Counted from the first letter of the whole stretch, positions 11,867 through 25,809 are shown. The stretch is DNA of 55,707 nucleotides, filler included, from Porpidia crustulata (GCA_964255105.1; 5 parts of 5 records of this genome joined end to end with filler, not necessarily neighbours in it); one strand, 5' to 3'. Notes: generated from the letters alone by a model not told the origin. A program made the numbers and translations.

Positions 11867-14800
11867 TTAGCGCTGCTAAGAACAAGTTAGCGTAGGTTTT
11901 AAGGACTGTCTGGATGTGAAACTGACCCGTCCACGTCTCCCACCATTCTGTTGCTGCATCACATGTTGTTGCTGCGGGAAGTATTGCATTGGGTACTGGT
12001 ACGCACCAGCCATGCCGGCGTTGGCCATTAGCGGATTAAAGCCCGGTGGAGCGGCAAATGGAGATTGCTGCAGCATGGGGCTCGGGCTCATCTGCAGCGG
12101 CCGCTGTGGCATAGGCGAGTGTTGCGTCTGCGTGTTCCTTGGATCGAATTGGGTAACAGAGCCGTAGCTAGGCAAACCACTGGGGGTCATGCCCGGGTAA
12201 AAGTCTGCTCCGGACATACCGCGCGCCGATGCAGCGAGAAGCGCTTGTTGCACTTGAGTGTTTATGGGGTTGGGTGAAAATGGAGTGTTAAACTGTTCGT
12301 ACGAGGCGAGGGGATTTGGGTCCATGGAGGACGTCGCGGGTACACTTGCTTGGATAGGGTATTGCTGCTGAGCCAAAGGCTGCCAGTACTGGCCGCTATA
12401 TTGCCTTTCCATATCCGGCTGATTTTGTCGACTATTATTCGATCCTTTTGAACGATTTCGTTCCTGATGAGGCATGTGACCTACGCTTGCGCCCTGGCTG
12501 TCCCGGTCACCTTTTCCCACCCTAGCAGAAAGACCCACCTCATCCATGAGTCTTTTATAGCCTTGCGATGGCGATGCCTTGAGCCGACAGAGTACATTAC
12601 GAACGTTCTGCACAACTTCGGAACGCAGATTCTCATCAAAAAACGGCGTTGTCAGGATTTTGAAGATGAGCGTCGCACCGCATGCTTGGTCACTGAGAAT
12701 GTCTTCCAGAACCTGGTCGTTCTCGGAGAAGAAGAGGGCTTTGAGAATTATGTCCCTCGCCTCAGGCTCGTTCCGTTGATTGATTACCTTCAGAACAGTA
12801 AGGTATGCTACTTTATGTGTGCACAAGTGAGCCAAGTGTGGAACGAGGCGAGGTGCAAGGACCACTCGCCGTTGTGGGAATGCGCAAGTGTCCAAAAACC
12901 ATGTGAGAAGAAGCGCACCGTTGGCATTTGTGGCAAGCTGTACGCTATGCATAGCAATGGCTGAAGCCAGCATCCTTTGTTGATCCTTGGTGGCCATGTG
13001 ACTCTCGAGGCAAGCTCGCATGGCTCTGGCGCCGAAACGACCTTGAGCAATTTCCCACATCCGGCTGAGCATAGTTTCGAAGATGAAGTTGGTCCATGGA
13101 AACCCGAATCGGAGGCAGCCTTGTAGAACGTAATTGCCATACTGGTCAAGAAATAGGGCAACGGTATATGGTCGAAGGCTGTCGACAATCATCCCGATTT
13201 GTCTCGGTATCTTGGACACGTCGATGATTTTCTGTGCAGCCCAAGTGCCGTTTTTGTGAACACCGATCTGCGCCAGATAAGGATCAATTTGTCGCAGCAT
13301 CTCCTCCTTGACCGCTTCACTACAGAATTCGAAAAGTTTTTGTACGACAGTGTTTCCAAGATAGTCTGAAGCCAGCTCGGAAATTTCTGGTAGCATGCCT
13401 AAGGCAATTTCCTCGATTTCTGTCTGTGATATGGCGTTGTTATCAATCCTCTTCCTGATCTCGCGCAGCTTAGGAGCATCGTGAACTCGGGCATGGCTTG
13501 GCTCGGGCACAGGCGAGATTTCGGATTCGAACTTAGTAAAAGCTATGGCGGCATCGATACTGCTCGCAATCTGCACCTGTTCCTGATTGGTAGCTCCAAG
13601 CTCTTTTACTATCAGCAACATCTCATCTCGGAGGTCCGGGAGATCGGCTACCTCGAGAGCAGCGGCAGTGCTCTGAGAATGTACTCCATTGACATCACGA
13701 ACGCCGTTAGTGCCATCCACGTTCTGGGAATCGCGATGGTCGGTTTGACCATTGCCGTACGGATCTGGAGTACGTGACTGGTAACCTGCGTTATTACCTG
13801 GCGTACCTGCAAGAGAGGCTGACGGAGCCTTTGCATAACCAATTCTGACAGGGCCTGCGCCAGGGAAGATCTCGGTCCCATTGGCTTCATTCTTGGCTTG
13901 AATAGCGCTCTCGACATTCTCAAAATTGACGAACCCACAATTCTTGTGCACCAAGACCCTAGTTGACTCGATCTTCCCCCATTTGCTGAAAATCACCTGG
14001 AGCGATGAAATTGTAGTGGATGTGGGTATATTGCCAAGCCAGAGGGCACGAGTAGGTCCTTCCTGGTTGTTCTCATCCGTGCTTTCGAGACCAGAACGAA
14101 CCCCACCGAGGTCGTTCAGGTGCATTGCCCGTACAGCCTCTGGAAGTCCGGCGTACTCGAGACTTTCCGACATACTCGTCTCAGTAGCAAGCATAGAGCT
14201 ATCCAGGCGACTAGGCATTGCCAGATAGCTTCTACCTCCCCCGTTTCTCAGAGGCGAGTCAAGCACGCCAGCCGTCCGGGCCCGGGGTCGGCTTGCAGAG
14301 GCTTGACTTGCAAACGCTTGGACGGCAAGGTTGTGTTGATGAATTTGAGCCTGTGTAGCTGCCATGGCGGCTGCTGTAGATGCTTCCAATGGGGTTAAAG
14401 CACCACTATGTTGGCCAGAATATCGACCATCCGGCAGATACTCCTCGTCTTCCTCTTCAGCATATTTTTCCTTTGCATTCACAGAATAGGACCTGAAGCG
14501 GTTCATGTTCTTGTTAAATCCAGCAAGTTCGGTTAGGAATGGCTGAACTGCCAGCCTCTGCAGCGCTGGCTGCGCAAGCGTTGCTTGACTTTGCTGTGGT
14601 GTTTCTGCAAGTCCCAGGTAATCAAGTGTTCTAACGTCGGTGTCGGCTAAGCTGTCTCGAGAAAAGGTTGACTGCGCGGGAGACTCTGGGACATCCGAGG
14701 ATCGAACACTTGCCAATGTCGATGCTCTGTCCCGTCCGTTGGCCCAGCTGGTTGAGAAAAGTGCGGAACCGAACGGATTCGATGTGTCGATGTAGCTTGC

Positions 14801-15505
14801 ACGCTGAGGCAAAGATCCTGCTCGCAGACGTGACAACAAAGCTGAAGTAGAATTCCCGGGCAGTATATTCATATTCCCAAGATCGCTAGATGCTAGTGAC
14901 GATGCATTAAAGGGACTCGACGACGGCGTAGGCCTTGATGTCTTCGGTAAAAATGGTTGTAAATTGATCATACCGGGGTTATTGGCTCCAGGAGAGAATC
15001 TGGAAGGTACCGTTCCTGCTCTCACGCGTCGCTGCGGTCCTTGCGTAGTGTTTTCCGGCGGCGGCATAAAGTCAGGAAACCCGTCCTGGCTTGGGGACTC
15101 AGGGATGGTTTCTCGTAATGGGGTAGAACCACCACTGGCAGGCGGTCCCCACATGTTGGGAGTCAGGCCCTCTTGAGCTTTGATTTCCCGAGCACTGCAT
15201 CGTGGTTAGATTCTATCAGCCTAACCGCAGAACGGGCGAGAATTTTCCTACCGTTTTGAATACAGCCTGCCACCCAGTTCACCAGATGGGGAGCCAGCCC
15301 CAGATCTTACATTCCCCTGCGTACTTCCCACGCCATTCATACTGGTAGGATTACCAAATGGTGACCGTACTGCACTTCCTGTACCCGACGGCGGTTCGAT
15401 CGGAGATGTATTTGCAGTCGAAGACCCAGATCTTGATCGAGTTCCTGATATCTGGGGCAAATAATCCAGATTGATGTGATGATCTAGCTTGGCTAAGGGA
15501 GCCAT
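11867..15505 (-). CDS. JSN1: Pumilio/PUF-family RNA-binding protein with RRM (Jsn1/Puf1/Puf2 type)
   Basis: RRM (TRALWLGNIP..KNCGFVNF..VRIGYAK) followed by PUF repeats (LASDYLGNTVVQKLFE, HKNGTWAAQKII, DQYGNYVLQGCL, GRFGARAMRACLE). Introns 15195-15251 and 11876-11926; Q/P-rich C-terminus. Confidence 0.9.
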
Positions 15506-16284
15506 TATAAATTATCAACAACCCAGAATCCTTCGACACTTGACGTGAGACGTCTGGATTCGTCGGCGAGCGTTCGTGCTGGGACCGACAAAACCTCAAT
15601 CTGGAGATTCCGTGTATTGTTTTCACAAAATATCAAGCTCGACGTTGGGCTGATCTTGACTCCTTTACGTACCTGAACGGTGCCACGTCCAGTTCCGTAT
15701 TCTACACCAAGCTTAGACAATATTTTGAGTTGTCGGACAACACTTCGGGTATCAAATTTCTCTGGATTGCGACCTCCTACAATCAAGGTTCGTCGTAAAG
15801 GTGGGGATGTTGATGAAACGAATTTCTAGGTTATACTGGGTTTTGCTGACGGTCCTTGACTTGGTTGATGTACACGATTGGGATATCTAATGCCGTTCGA
15901 CGTTGCTGTTCAATGATGCTGTAGGATTTCAAAATGTTTCCGAAAGGCTGATATGATGATGTTTCTTCTCGTTAATGAAAGTCTTCGAATGGCTGGAGCT
16001 TGAAACGATGTTGTGCGGCGCGGGACCCAACCGCCAAATCTTCGTCTAGAAGATGAGGAATCAATTTCCGTACTGCAGAATTGGGCAGCGGTAGAGAAGG
16101 GAAGAATTATTAGAGAATTAGATATCGATGATGGGTTGGGTACTGGAAAGTAATAGAGTGGAGGGCAAGTGGAGAAGATGAAAAGAGAGGGTCGAGCAGA
16201 GTGTAGGGCAGTGGTGTCCGCGTAAGGCGCAGTAAGTTCGGCGATCCAAAAATTGTTCAGGAGTCGGAGACGTCGGGTTCGGAT

Positions 16285-16323
16285 TGACTGACTGACTGAC
16301 TGACGGGCGGATTGACTGACTGA
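16285..16323. repeat. Interrupted (TGAC)n microsatellite
   Basis: TGAC x5 at 16285-16304, then about 2.7 more units after GGGCGGAT; lies upstream of JSN1. Confidence 0.8.
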
Positions 16324-17178
16324 TCCTGGGCGATCGTGCAAGCGGACTAATCCGTGGAAACAATTCTCGCTAGCGGCACACTTCTGAGAAGAACCTCCAG
16401 TCTTCTTCAGTCTCCTCTTGTACGGAGTGATGTGTTGGAGTACAGGACGGTGATGTCAAAATGCTCTCGAGACTACAGTGGGAATGTGGAATCATCTTCT
16501 ACAGACTTCTTCACCCGAACAATTTTAACCAAGTACCATCGGGTGCCCGCAGCTGAGGCCTCAGAATCTTGATAGGAGTCAGAGAGTTCTGAGGATGCTT
16601 CACGTCAGTTTAAGTGTTACATGGATTTATGCACTGCTTTCAAAGAGCGATAGGCTTAATCCCACATCATTAGGTCGTGGGTTTCCCTAGGTGCCTTAGG
16701 TGCCCCAGGTGCCCTTCGACTGCTGAACGTCTTACACGCACAATAGACTCTCGAAAAGGGCACACACAGAGGGGGTTTCAGATTATTCCTAAGAGATGCA
16801 TGGACGCTAGGTAATTATCCCATTAATTTATCCCCCCACCCCTGAGACGATGAAACGCTCCGTGGCTCCGTTCTATATTTAAGCGAATCTTTCTAGCAAG
16901 CTCAGTCCAGCCCTATAGTAGCGGAAGTGTGAGAAAGTCTTCCGCGTGCTGCATGTATTTGTACGCTTGCTAGACGGGAGATGGCCCTGGGATGCTCGGC
17001 CGCCGAAAGGTACAACTACATTGATGCCTCATGTGAATCCAGTATGAAGCATCGGCCAACACATCACATCGACACAGTCGGCTTCACGGTCGGAAGGCGT
17101 TGTGTGATGACCTCTAAAAGCTACTCCGCATTGCTAATTACATACTCTTAGGGTTAGCACCCTGTTTACCAACTAGCA

Positions 17179-18854
17179 ATGTCTATGGCTACAGATGAAC
17201 CTACGTTTGAGGGGCGTGATGGTGAGAGCTCCGCAGCCGATAGCGAGGAAGAAAGAGAAGGAGAGGAAGGAGAAGAGGCGCCAGTGGAATCATTAGTCGT
17301 AGGGAGATCAAAGCGCGTGACAGCTGGCAATCGATTGTCGGCTCTTTTGGCGCAAGAGGCTGATGATGTTGATGATGCCGATGCTGATGATGATTTGGGG
17401 CTGCTGTTTGCGGAGGTTGACGAGGAAGAGGATATGGAGTTTGAGGAGGGCGAAGACGAGGATGCAGCAGATGCTCAACTCGATTCGTCGTCGGATGAGG
17501 AGGATCCAGGCCCTGCCAAAGGGAACGATGATCTTGAGGGCGAGAGGGAGCTACAAAGGCAAGATCGGGCAGAGCGGAAGAAACGTAAGGCACAGGAGAC
17601 AATAATAAGGCCTGGGCCAGCAAGAAAGAAAGCCAAATTTGACCACACTGCGACCGGAGCTCAACAGACGGCGCCTACGCCACATGCAAGGAAAAAGTCG
17701 GAGCGGCTCAATTGGCTACCGGGACCTGATGAAGGTCCCGTCCGTTCATCGTCGCGGAAGCAGACGGTAGAGAACAAGACGATCATACATGAGAGGATGA
17801 AGGAAAATGAGCAGCGTCGAGTCAAGCTGATTGAGACCATGGAAGCTGCAGCGAAACGCAAGGAAGCCTCGAAGCCGAAGGCTATCACTCAAGCTGGTCG
17901 AATGGCCGAGGCCGCCAGGATAGAGAAGAAGAACGCGAAGAGCCTGAATAGATGGGAGGAGACGGAGAAAAAAAGAGCAGAAGACCAACGGGCTAAGCTG
18001 GAAGCTTTACACAACCGGCAGCTCAGCGGTCCTGTCATCAGTTGGTGGAGCGGGATCGCAAGATGGGTTAACGGCAGGCTAGGCCAAGTGGGTGTTGAGG
18101 CTGTCAGGGAATCCGAAGCATCTGAAGGGGCCGTGACGAGAGGCAGTGATGAGAACATTATACCAGACAGCCCGACTGCAGATCGGTCAGAAGGCATTCA
18201 GCACCAAGATTCCGTGATGGCTGACATGGCCGCCTCCGTGCCACAACCCGCAGCTTCAGATCCGCAGCGGCCAGATCACGCTGAAAAATCCGAGCAGGTT
18301 GGATTTGCATCTCAGCAAGGGTCTCTAGGATTTCTTGATGGTATACATTTCTACGCTTCCCTGCCTGCGCCGCCACCACAACCGAGAGAACCCCCAGAAC
18401 CCAAATCACCACCCAGACCTACTGAAGACATTCCACCAACCCAGACAACTTTGAAGCCTCCAGCTGATGTTGTCGAATACTCGGTACGAAACCTTGTGCA
18501 GTTAGAGAACATTGACGCAAATGCGTTGAAATTGCCCGAATTACAAAGTCATATTCTACTGAAGAAGCGCAACTGTAGACCACCGAGTAAGTGATCATTC
18601 AGACCAAAGAGGTCAGCGGATTTGACTAAAATCGTACCACAGAACCTCTACAAGAGCAATGTGCCATCACCAACCAGCCGGCTAGATTTCGCGATCCCAA
18701 GACCGGGCTCCCCTACGCGGATTCCTACGGTTATAAAGAGATCCAACGACTCCAAGAGGGAGGATCCCGATGGAGCAGCCTCCTCGGCTGCTACGTGGGA
18801 CCGGTCGCCAGTGCTGCTCGAGGCGTGCCGGAAAGGTTCTTGAAGCCTGCATGA
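17179..18854 (+). CDS. VPS72: SWR1 complex subunit Vps72/Swc2/YL1
   Basis: YL1 N-terminal motif GRSKRVTAGNRLSALL, acidic tract, RSSSRKQTV, ITQAGRMAEAARIEKKNAKSL. After intron 18587-18642 comes the YL1-C motif CAITNQPARFRDPKTGLPYA; TGA at 18852-18854. Confidence 0.9.
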
Positions 18855-20602
18855 AAGGGCACTGCCGGGGGCCATTCTCCAATACCAAAGGCCACCAAAG
18901 TATCCCGGTCCCCGTGCAAGCAAGCAGCCTTGCAGAGATGAAATACTACTTATAGTGCTTGACACAGCGGCTATGACTCGCAATGTACCTTGGAGTGGTA
19001 TCTGGCGCATTTTGGGTAAGCGCTCCATATCAATACCAATGGACACGTCATCAAACCAGAGAAGCGACACACGACCATGCACAACCCCATTCCCACAGTG
19101 TCGGGCACTTCAACATCAGTGCCTGGCGTGCCTGGTAAGGCGACGGGCAAGATGTACCAATGGCAAGCTAATGCGGCAAATTGAGGCATACCCGCCCCCC
19201 CCTTCCAGTTGCGAGACCGCACGGCTTCTCCTTTAGATTCGTAGGCTCTAGTCGGGATTTGGCGGCTGATTGGCGTTGGACTGGCGATCTGCCGCTACAG
19301 GCATTTGATGGCTGGCGGATACACGCATACAATAGTTGTAGTATTGATACAAATCCCATTCAATCCATCTCTATTGACGCTATGGGTTAACGTACGAAGT
19401 AGTGATGGGGAATCTGACGAACCATGCCCTATGCCCGTACCGTTCAGTCGTAAGTAGTAAGCTATTGCACGGGTACTCCAGCAGCCAGCCATCCATTCAG
19501 CGACACGTTCGAGTGATGAGGATCGAAGAATCAACAGGATGTTCACCTGCTGCATGGCGGATGGTGTATGGCGTTGAAATAGCTGGTGGGAATGGCGTGC
19601 TGAAAACGTGATGCGCGTGGTGATGGTGTGATCGATGCGTGGTGAAGGTGATCTGAGATGAGGATTGTGAATACGAAAGAAAATGATGAATATGGGTGGT
19701 GAATGAGATGCTCCATCGACACCGACATCGATCAGCCGATCAGGCAGACGCGTACTCTATAAAACATTCATCTCATCCTGCTTGACATTCATCAATTCAT
19801 TCACATCCGTCCATTACCCTATCGTTGATTGTCATATAAGAGACATCCAACACCCACCACCCAACTTCTTACCCATCTTGACTGGAAATATCGATGTGTT
19901 GTATGTCATGTATAATTGTCCATCATACGCTATTTGATACACGTCCCAATGGTATCTACAAATATCTGCAGGCTATAAACATTGTCTAAGGTATCTGTTG
20001 TTATCGGACGCTATCAGGGATCCATTGTCTGCTAAGAAGACTATCTATCAGTCCATCCCCGCTATTTCTTTATCTCTCAATCGCATCAACAAATACTCGA
20101 CCAGACCAGATTTTCACTCTCCACCATCACTAGTACTGGATCCTGAGAGATTGCAGTCTCTGCCGACTCCGGACATCGGAGTCATACAGCCTTCTACTTG
20201 CGTCAAATCCCTTCACCCTTCCAAATTTAGGCCAACATCTCCCACTTCCATCACCACCAACATCCGTGGGGTGTGTCTGCACCGATCCGCTTGAACGTGT
20301 GCGTGACAGTACATCACAAACGTTGAACGCATAGATCCGATAGAAAGCCCATACACATCAATAGATCGGCACGCCGCCGCGGGAAGAAGTGGCACGGCTA
20401 TCCGATCCAAGACCCGCAACATCCTTCGACGTCGGTTACACACAGATCTTCTGTAGACGCCCGCTGCTGCTGGTGCGAAACTCGGAGCCTATGCACGGCC
20501 AAGTACCGCCATCACTCTGAACATTGAAGCACGGCTTCGACGGAATCAGAGCATCCCTATAAGTCTAGACAGCGCACTGCTGTCTTAGTCTCGTCCTTTT
20601 CG

Positions 20603-21685
20603 ATGTCCTCCACCAATCACAGCCATGGCCAACCACGTCCCTCTCCGCCTTATGTAAGGAAGACAGCGGTGAGAGCTGCACGGTCTGTTCCGTCGGTCAA
20701 AACTACAGGGGGGCCCAAGGTGACCTTCAAGGTTGGCAAGCCCAAGCAATCCAAGGAAGAAAGCGAGGAATCTGAGGAGGATAAAGACGACATGGCTACC
20801 AGCTTTTTGCAATTCTGGTCCGTACTCCATTGGCCTACAATTTTCAATATATCATTTACTGACTGTATCTTAGCGCAATGTGCGAGAAACAGATTGTCAT
20901 CCCCAATAATGCCATCCTCTATTGCTCGGAAAGGTGTGTCTTCATCTCTTCAACCCGCCTATATGCCACAACCCTTGACTGACCACTGACCTAGCTGCCG
21001 CCGCAAAGATGGATCCTCCACAATACAAACCTCCTATGCCCCCCTTGTTAGTCCCATCACCATCACTCCCCCTGATACAGACGACGCCTTCGGTTTAAAA
21101 CCTCGTACTATCCTCCCCGCGCACCTACCGACTCCCCGTCCCTTTCCCGCCGCCAGGATATCTCCTCAGGCGCACGAGGGCAAATCGGATCTTGATCCAA
21201 CCGAATGGAAGCCCAACTTGTCCCGCCGCGACAGCTCCGATGCATTTCAATATCTGAGTCAATTCCATCGATCAGGCTCCTCTTCCCTGACGCCCACCAG
21301 ACGTCCCGTCATGGCCAGATCCGTCCACGGCGCCACAGCTGCCGCCATCACCACCCCCGGGCTATCCTACACCCCGACCGCCAGCACATCGTCCGACGAA
21401 AGCCTCGCAAGCACCCCCTACGAGTTCGTACCCCGTCCAATGGCGCCAGCAGCGTACCCCCTCACCGCTGCCGCCAAGCCGGACGACCACACGGCTCCTC
21501 ATGTCGTCGAACCCGCTTCTAACACCTCGTTCCCGGGAAAACGCGCTGCGGATGCGAAACCCGCCCTGAAAGCCAAAGAGACGGTGACGCTGGGCGATCT
21601 CAGCTACGAGAAGAAATGGGTCGTCGAGAGCGGCAAGCCCGCGGCCGGGAGCCTGAGGAAGCTTTTGGATGTGCGCGGGATGTGA
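20603..21685 (+). CDS. Ecl1/2/3-family (life-span regulatory factor) zinc-binding protein
   Basis: Splicing two introns (about 20818-20872 and 20933-20993) gives FLQFCAMCEKQIVIPNNAILYCSESCRRKD, the Ecl1 Cys motif, followed by a Ser/Pro-rich tail ending LSYEKKW..GSLRKLL. Confidence 0.8.
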
Positions 21686-22034
21686 AGAAGGAACGATCGG
21701 GGCTCGGGTTGTGGAGCAGTACCTACTTGCTCCATCGCTCAATCCTCACTTATCTCCTCGCTTTCCCGTCGCATTCTCGCTCCTCATTTCTCTTTCATTT
21801 TTTGGATTATCCACCATAGTACCGAGTCCCTTTGATTTTCCGTCCCATAGGCAAACCAGATTAGCGCACCTCAAAAAAGATAGACTACCACAAAAATGGA
21901 AATTGTCAAAATTTGAAAAAGCCGCGATCTTGTAGATTTTTGGAGGGTTCTGAAATGAATTGGTTTTTGTGACTCGCGGGTGGATGCATAAGTGGGTTGT
22001 TGGAGCTGGGTTGATGAGAGATGAGAGAATGATG

Positions 22035-22052
22035 AGAAGAAGAAGAAGAAGG
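22035..22052. repeat. (GAA)n microsatellite in a purine-rich tract
   Basis: GAAGAAGAAGAAGAAGGA. Confidence 0.6.
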
Positions 22053-22227
22053 AAAGAAGACGATATCGAACAAACGAATCGGAATGAAAGAGAATCACAA
22101 TGACACAAGAACCCAAAATTGAGACTGCGAAAAGGCCGTAAACGCCTCAAAATATCTCGCTGTCCCCGCGCAGAAAAAAACGCCCAAATTCCCGTCCCTA
22201 ACATACACATCCCTCACAGCCATCCCC

Positions 22228-22327
22228 NNNNNNNNNNNNNNNNNNNNNNNNNNNNNNNNNNNNNNNNNNNNTTAATTAATTAANNNNNNNNNNNNNNNNN
22301 NNNNNNNNNNNNNNNNNNNNNNNNNNN
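22228..22327. other. Artificial contig spacer
   Basis: N44-TTAATTAATTAA-N44. Confidence 0.98.
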
Positions 22328-22887
22328 CCGCCGGGTTCGAGTGGGGTGCAATCACGCCTTTCTCAGCGGATTGCGGAAGGCTTTCAAATGACGTTCCAAT
22401 TGTAACAAGGTGTTTCGATCGAATTCGAACAGCGTGTAAGCGCTCGATATTTCCAAGAATATACCATGGGGAAGCGATTTGATAAAGGATATATTTATGA
22501 CCCTGAAACGTGAATTCCCGTGGATCCCAAAATAACGATCGTTTTTTTGCTCCAGTCTCTCGGAGTGCTGTGTATCTTCCTACCCACAAAACCCCTAGTC
22601 AAGCTAATCACCATCGCAAGCAAAACGCAGAAACTTCCGTTCAAAACCCGTTTCGCGCCATCCATCCACGAAACCATCTGCAAATTGGCATCTCGTATAC
22701 AGTATCTCTCTGTTCGCTACACCTGATGACTTGCATGCGCCTACCTATACAGATCCATGGGTAGGTAGAATAGTCGTAGTAATATGAGGAATTTTAACCG
22801 GATGTTGGAGATCGATGACTGTTGGAGTAATACTGCTGTCGGGGTACATACGGTTAGCAGCGGCTTTCGATACATTTGGTTCCCGGA

Positions 22888-22959
22888 AAATCGGGGAAAC
22901 GGCGGAGATTAGGGGGATTTGGTAAGCAATCACCCTAATCTCCGCGATTTCCCCGATTT
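22888..22959. repeat. Near-perfect 32-bp inverted repeat (hairpin/cruciform) upstream of the MFS gene
   Basis: AAATCGGGGAAACGGCGGAGATTAGGGGGATT and AATCACCCTAATCTCCGCGATTTCCCCGATTT are complementary at 29 of 32 positions, with an 8-nt loop. Confidence 0.85.
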
Positions 22960-23283
22960 GCTCCAACCGTTGTCCAGCGCACGGTAAATCGATGATCCTT
23001 CGATTACCATCAACACTTTCAGCATGTCAAGCATGTCACACCGGAAATCTTCTGTACACTAGTCAAAGCACGACGAAGCTCTATCGTTGACTGACTAGAC
23101 ACGCGTGATGAGCTTTTGTGACGATCAACCCTAATTTCCTAGTTACTATTGGCAACAAAAGTTTGGTGTAGAATCAATCAATCATTTGATTTACAATGTT
23201 GAGGGCAAATAATTAAAACAGCGCTGCACCCAAGATCGTTATCTAGTAAAACAGCATCATGTCACTTTGCTAGAATTCTCGTC

Positions 23284-25031
23284 ATGTCTGTCCATGACAT
23301 TGAGAAAGATTCGAGTAGACCTGGGCATTCATCGTCTCAGCAGTCTTCGACGAAATCTAGCCCAGATGTTATTCCGATGCATAGTCCTGAAGATCCGGGA
23401 AAATCTTCAACGCCCCAGGATTCTGAAGTATCTGCGAAACCTCCGCTGTGCCCCAAAGCCAGCGCGATAGGGACTAACAATCCCGACTTTGAAGTGGATT
23501 GGGACGGCGAGGATGATCCCATGAACCCAAGGAATTGGCCGTTGTGGTACAAAGGCATGACCATAGGCTTCGTATCGTGGAATACCTGGGTCGTCGTTGT
23601 ATATTCCACATCGTATACGTCAGGGATAACCTTTATGATGAATGATTTCGACATCAAGTCCGAACCCGTCGCCACACTGGGCGTCACAACATATCTCATC
23701 GGCCTCGCCGTCGGTTCCGTTGTTCTTGCTCCTGTCTCTGAGATATACGGCCGACGTCCTGTGTATGTCGTTAGTCTGCTGATATCTATGCTTCTCATCA
23801 TTCCGTGCGGTCTGGGTAATTCTCTCACAGAAGTGGTCGTTGTCCGCTTCTTTGGCGCCATTGCTGCGAGTGCTATGGTTGCCAATGCCCCGGGGACACT
23901 CACTGACATCGTCAATGACGAGTATCGAGCACTGGTTTTTTCCATTTGGTCAATTGGACCCTTTAATGGCCCTGCATTTGGACCAATCATCGGTAAGCAA
24001 GCCATCAGTCGTTAAAGAATGTGGCTGACATCATGACAGGTGGCTTTTCAACAGAATATCTTGGTTGGAGATTTACTAATTGGATTGTGATGATGATTGC
24101 CGCTGTTGGATGGATTTTTGTCTGTATCCTGAAAGAGACCTACGCACCAGCATTGCTAAAGAAAAAAGCCAAAATCCGCAGAAAAGAGACAGGCGATGAA
24201 AAGTACTGGTCCCGCTATGATGATCACAAACTGTCCTTCGTGCAACTCATGAAGACTAATTTAAGCCGTCCCTTCGTCATGATAGTGACCGAGCCGATTT
24301 GCATTTTTTGGGATGTATATATCGGCATCATCTACGGCATCCTTTACCTTTGTTTTGTGGCTTACCCGATTGTGTTCACCGGGGTTCGCGGTTGGTCCAT
24401 TGGATTATCTGGTCTCTCATTCACCGGCTTGGCCGTTGGGTGCTTTTTTGTAATCTGCTCGGAACCTCTCATTCGGCGCATGATTAATGCGCATAAAGTC
24501 GATCCTGAGACTGGACGAGTACCCCCAGAAGCCATGGTTAGTGTGGTGTGTATTGCAGCCTTCTTGGTGCCCCTTGGTGAAATATGGTTCGCTTGGACTT
24601 GCACGCCGCCTGTTCACTGGATCTGGCCGATCTTGGCAGGTATACCTTTTGGGGCCGGGAATACCGCGGTTTTCATCTATTCGTCCAATTACTTGGCCCA
24701 GAGCTACGGGATATACGCTGCCAGCGCTTTGGCTGGAAACGTAGTCATAAGGTCCCTGCTGGGCGCAACCTTACCGCTTGCAGGGCCGGCAATGTACGCC
24801 AAGCTGAATCCCCATTGGGCAGGAACTTTACTGGGACTTCTCCAGGTGGCGATCATACCAATACCATTGGTATTCTATAAATACGGACATAAGATCAGGA
24901 TGCGAAGCACCCTAATTACGGCCATGCGGAAGGAGAGCGAGAGGCTGGAAGGGAAGCGAATTAGCGGGACTGTTGAGAGGGATAAAATGGAAAGAGAGGG
25001 GTTGGAAAAGGTTCCTTCGAACCTTGTATGA
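23284..25031 (+). CDS. MFS drug:H+ antiporter, DHA1 family (Tpo1/Flr1-like)
   Basis: VDWDGEDDPMNPRNWP, LAPVSEIYGRRPVY (motif A), GPAFGPIIG|GFSTEYLGWR across intron 23993-24039, ETYAPALL, LSRPFVMIVTEPI; about 12 hydrophobic segments. Confidence 0.92.
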
Positions 25032-25799
25032 TAGTTGAAAATCAACTCCTGCACCCCCTTGTGGAGCTTTCTGTCAAGCAATGCATTAGACCAAACATCA
25101 TAGCGCCAGAGAGCAGAACTGGATACTACATCCACCGATCTGATCGCACTACCATCCGGCACATTATTTACAAGATCTCGCAGAGGATTCTAATCACTCC
25201 AGGATGAATGACCATCCAGGTCCCCGCCCAGGCAGATCCGATCGCTTGTTCTATGAGCTTCCTACGATAGGAAAGCTCTAGCTTTTGCCGATATTGGCAA
25301 TCTTGACAGACCCTTCAGACAAACGATCTAGATGTCCAGTATTGGCAATAAATAAGGATCGCTCCAGCCACCAACAACGGCGACAGCTAAGCTCTTCCTT
25401 TCAGTCTCATCGCATGGCTTTTGAGATGTTACACGAGACTTGAGACAGGTAGCTCGACTTCTCAACGCAAGCTTTTGTCTCACTGCACACAAGCAACAGG
25501 TTGAATGCCCAAGGTATGAACTGTTAAGTTCGATATAAAGCTTCATGAGGATTACGTCTGGGACTTGTATTGGTTAGAAACAGTATACTGGAAATGGAAG
25601 AGAGGTAACCGTATAAACAGTACAGCGCTGGTATCGAAGACTGAATCCTACGATTAATTACCTGGTGATGGAAGTTGTCAAGGTATTAGGTACGGAATTA
25701 TACTAAGAGGAATTTAATTGTTGACATGCGTTTTGGTATTAGTAGTCCGAATCAAGGATGACGGACTCCGCTGCGATTCGCAGTCATCCCAGGATGCTA

Positions 25800-25809
25800 G
25801 TCACGTGAC
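25800..25809. promoter_or_regulatory. Palindromic E-box GTCACGTGAC (possible Cbf1/bHLH site)
   Basis: Perfect 10-bp palindrome about 350 bp upstream of the ATG at 26157; a TGACGT (CRE-like) site lies near 25891. Confidence 0.3.

Noticed and set aside
19680..19810. Loose inverted similarity (ATGAGATG / CATCTCAT) between VPS72 and the Ecl1 gene
   Set aside because: Only short matches within purine-rich versus pyrimidine-rich tracts; not distinguishable from compositional chance.
23337..24005. 222-aa antisense ORF, and similar ones at 33591-34148, 12467-12964, 26414-26854 and 29022-29432
   Set aside because: Shadows of well-supported genes on the opposite strand, with no recognisable motifs.
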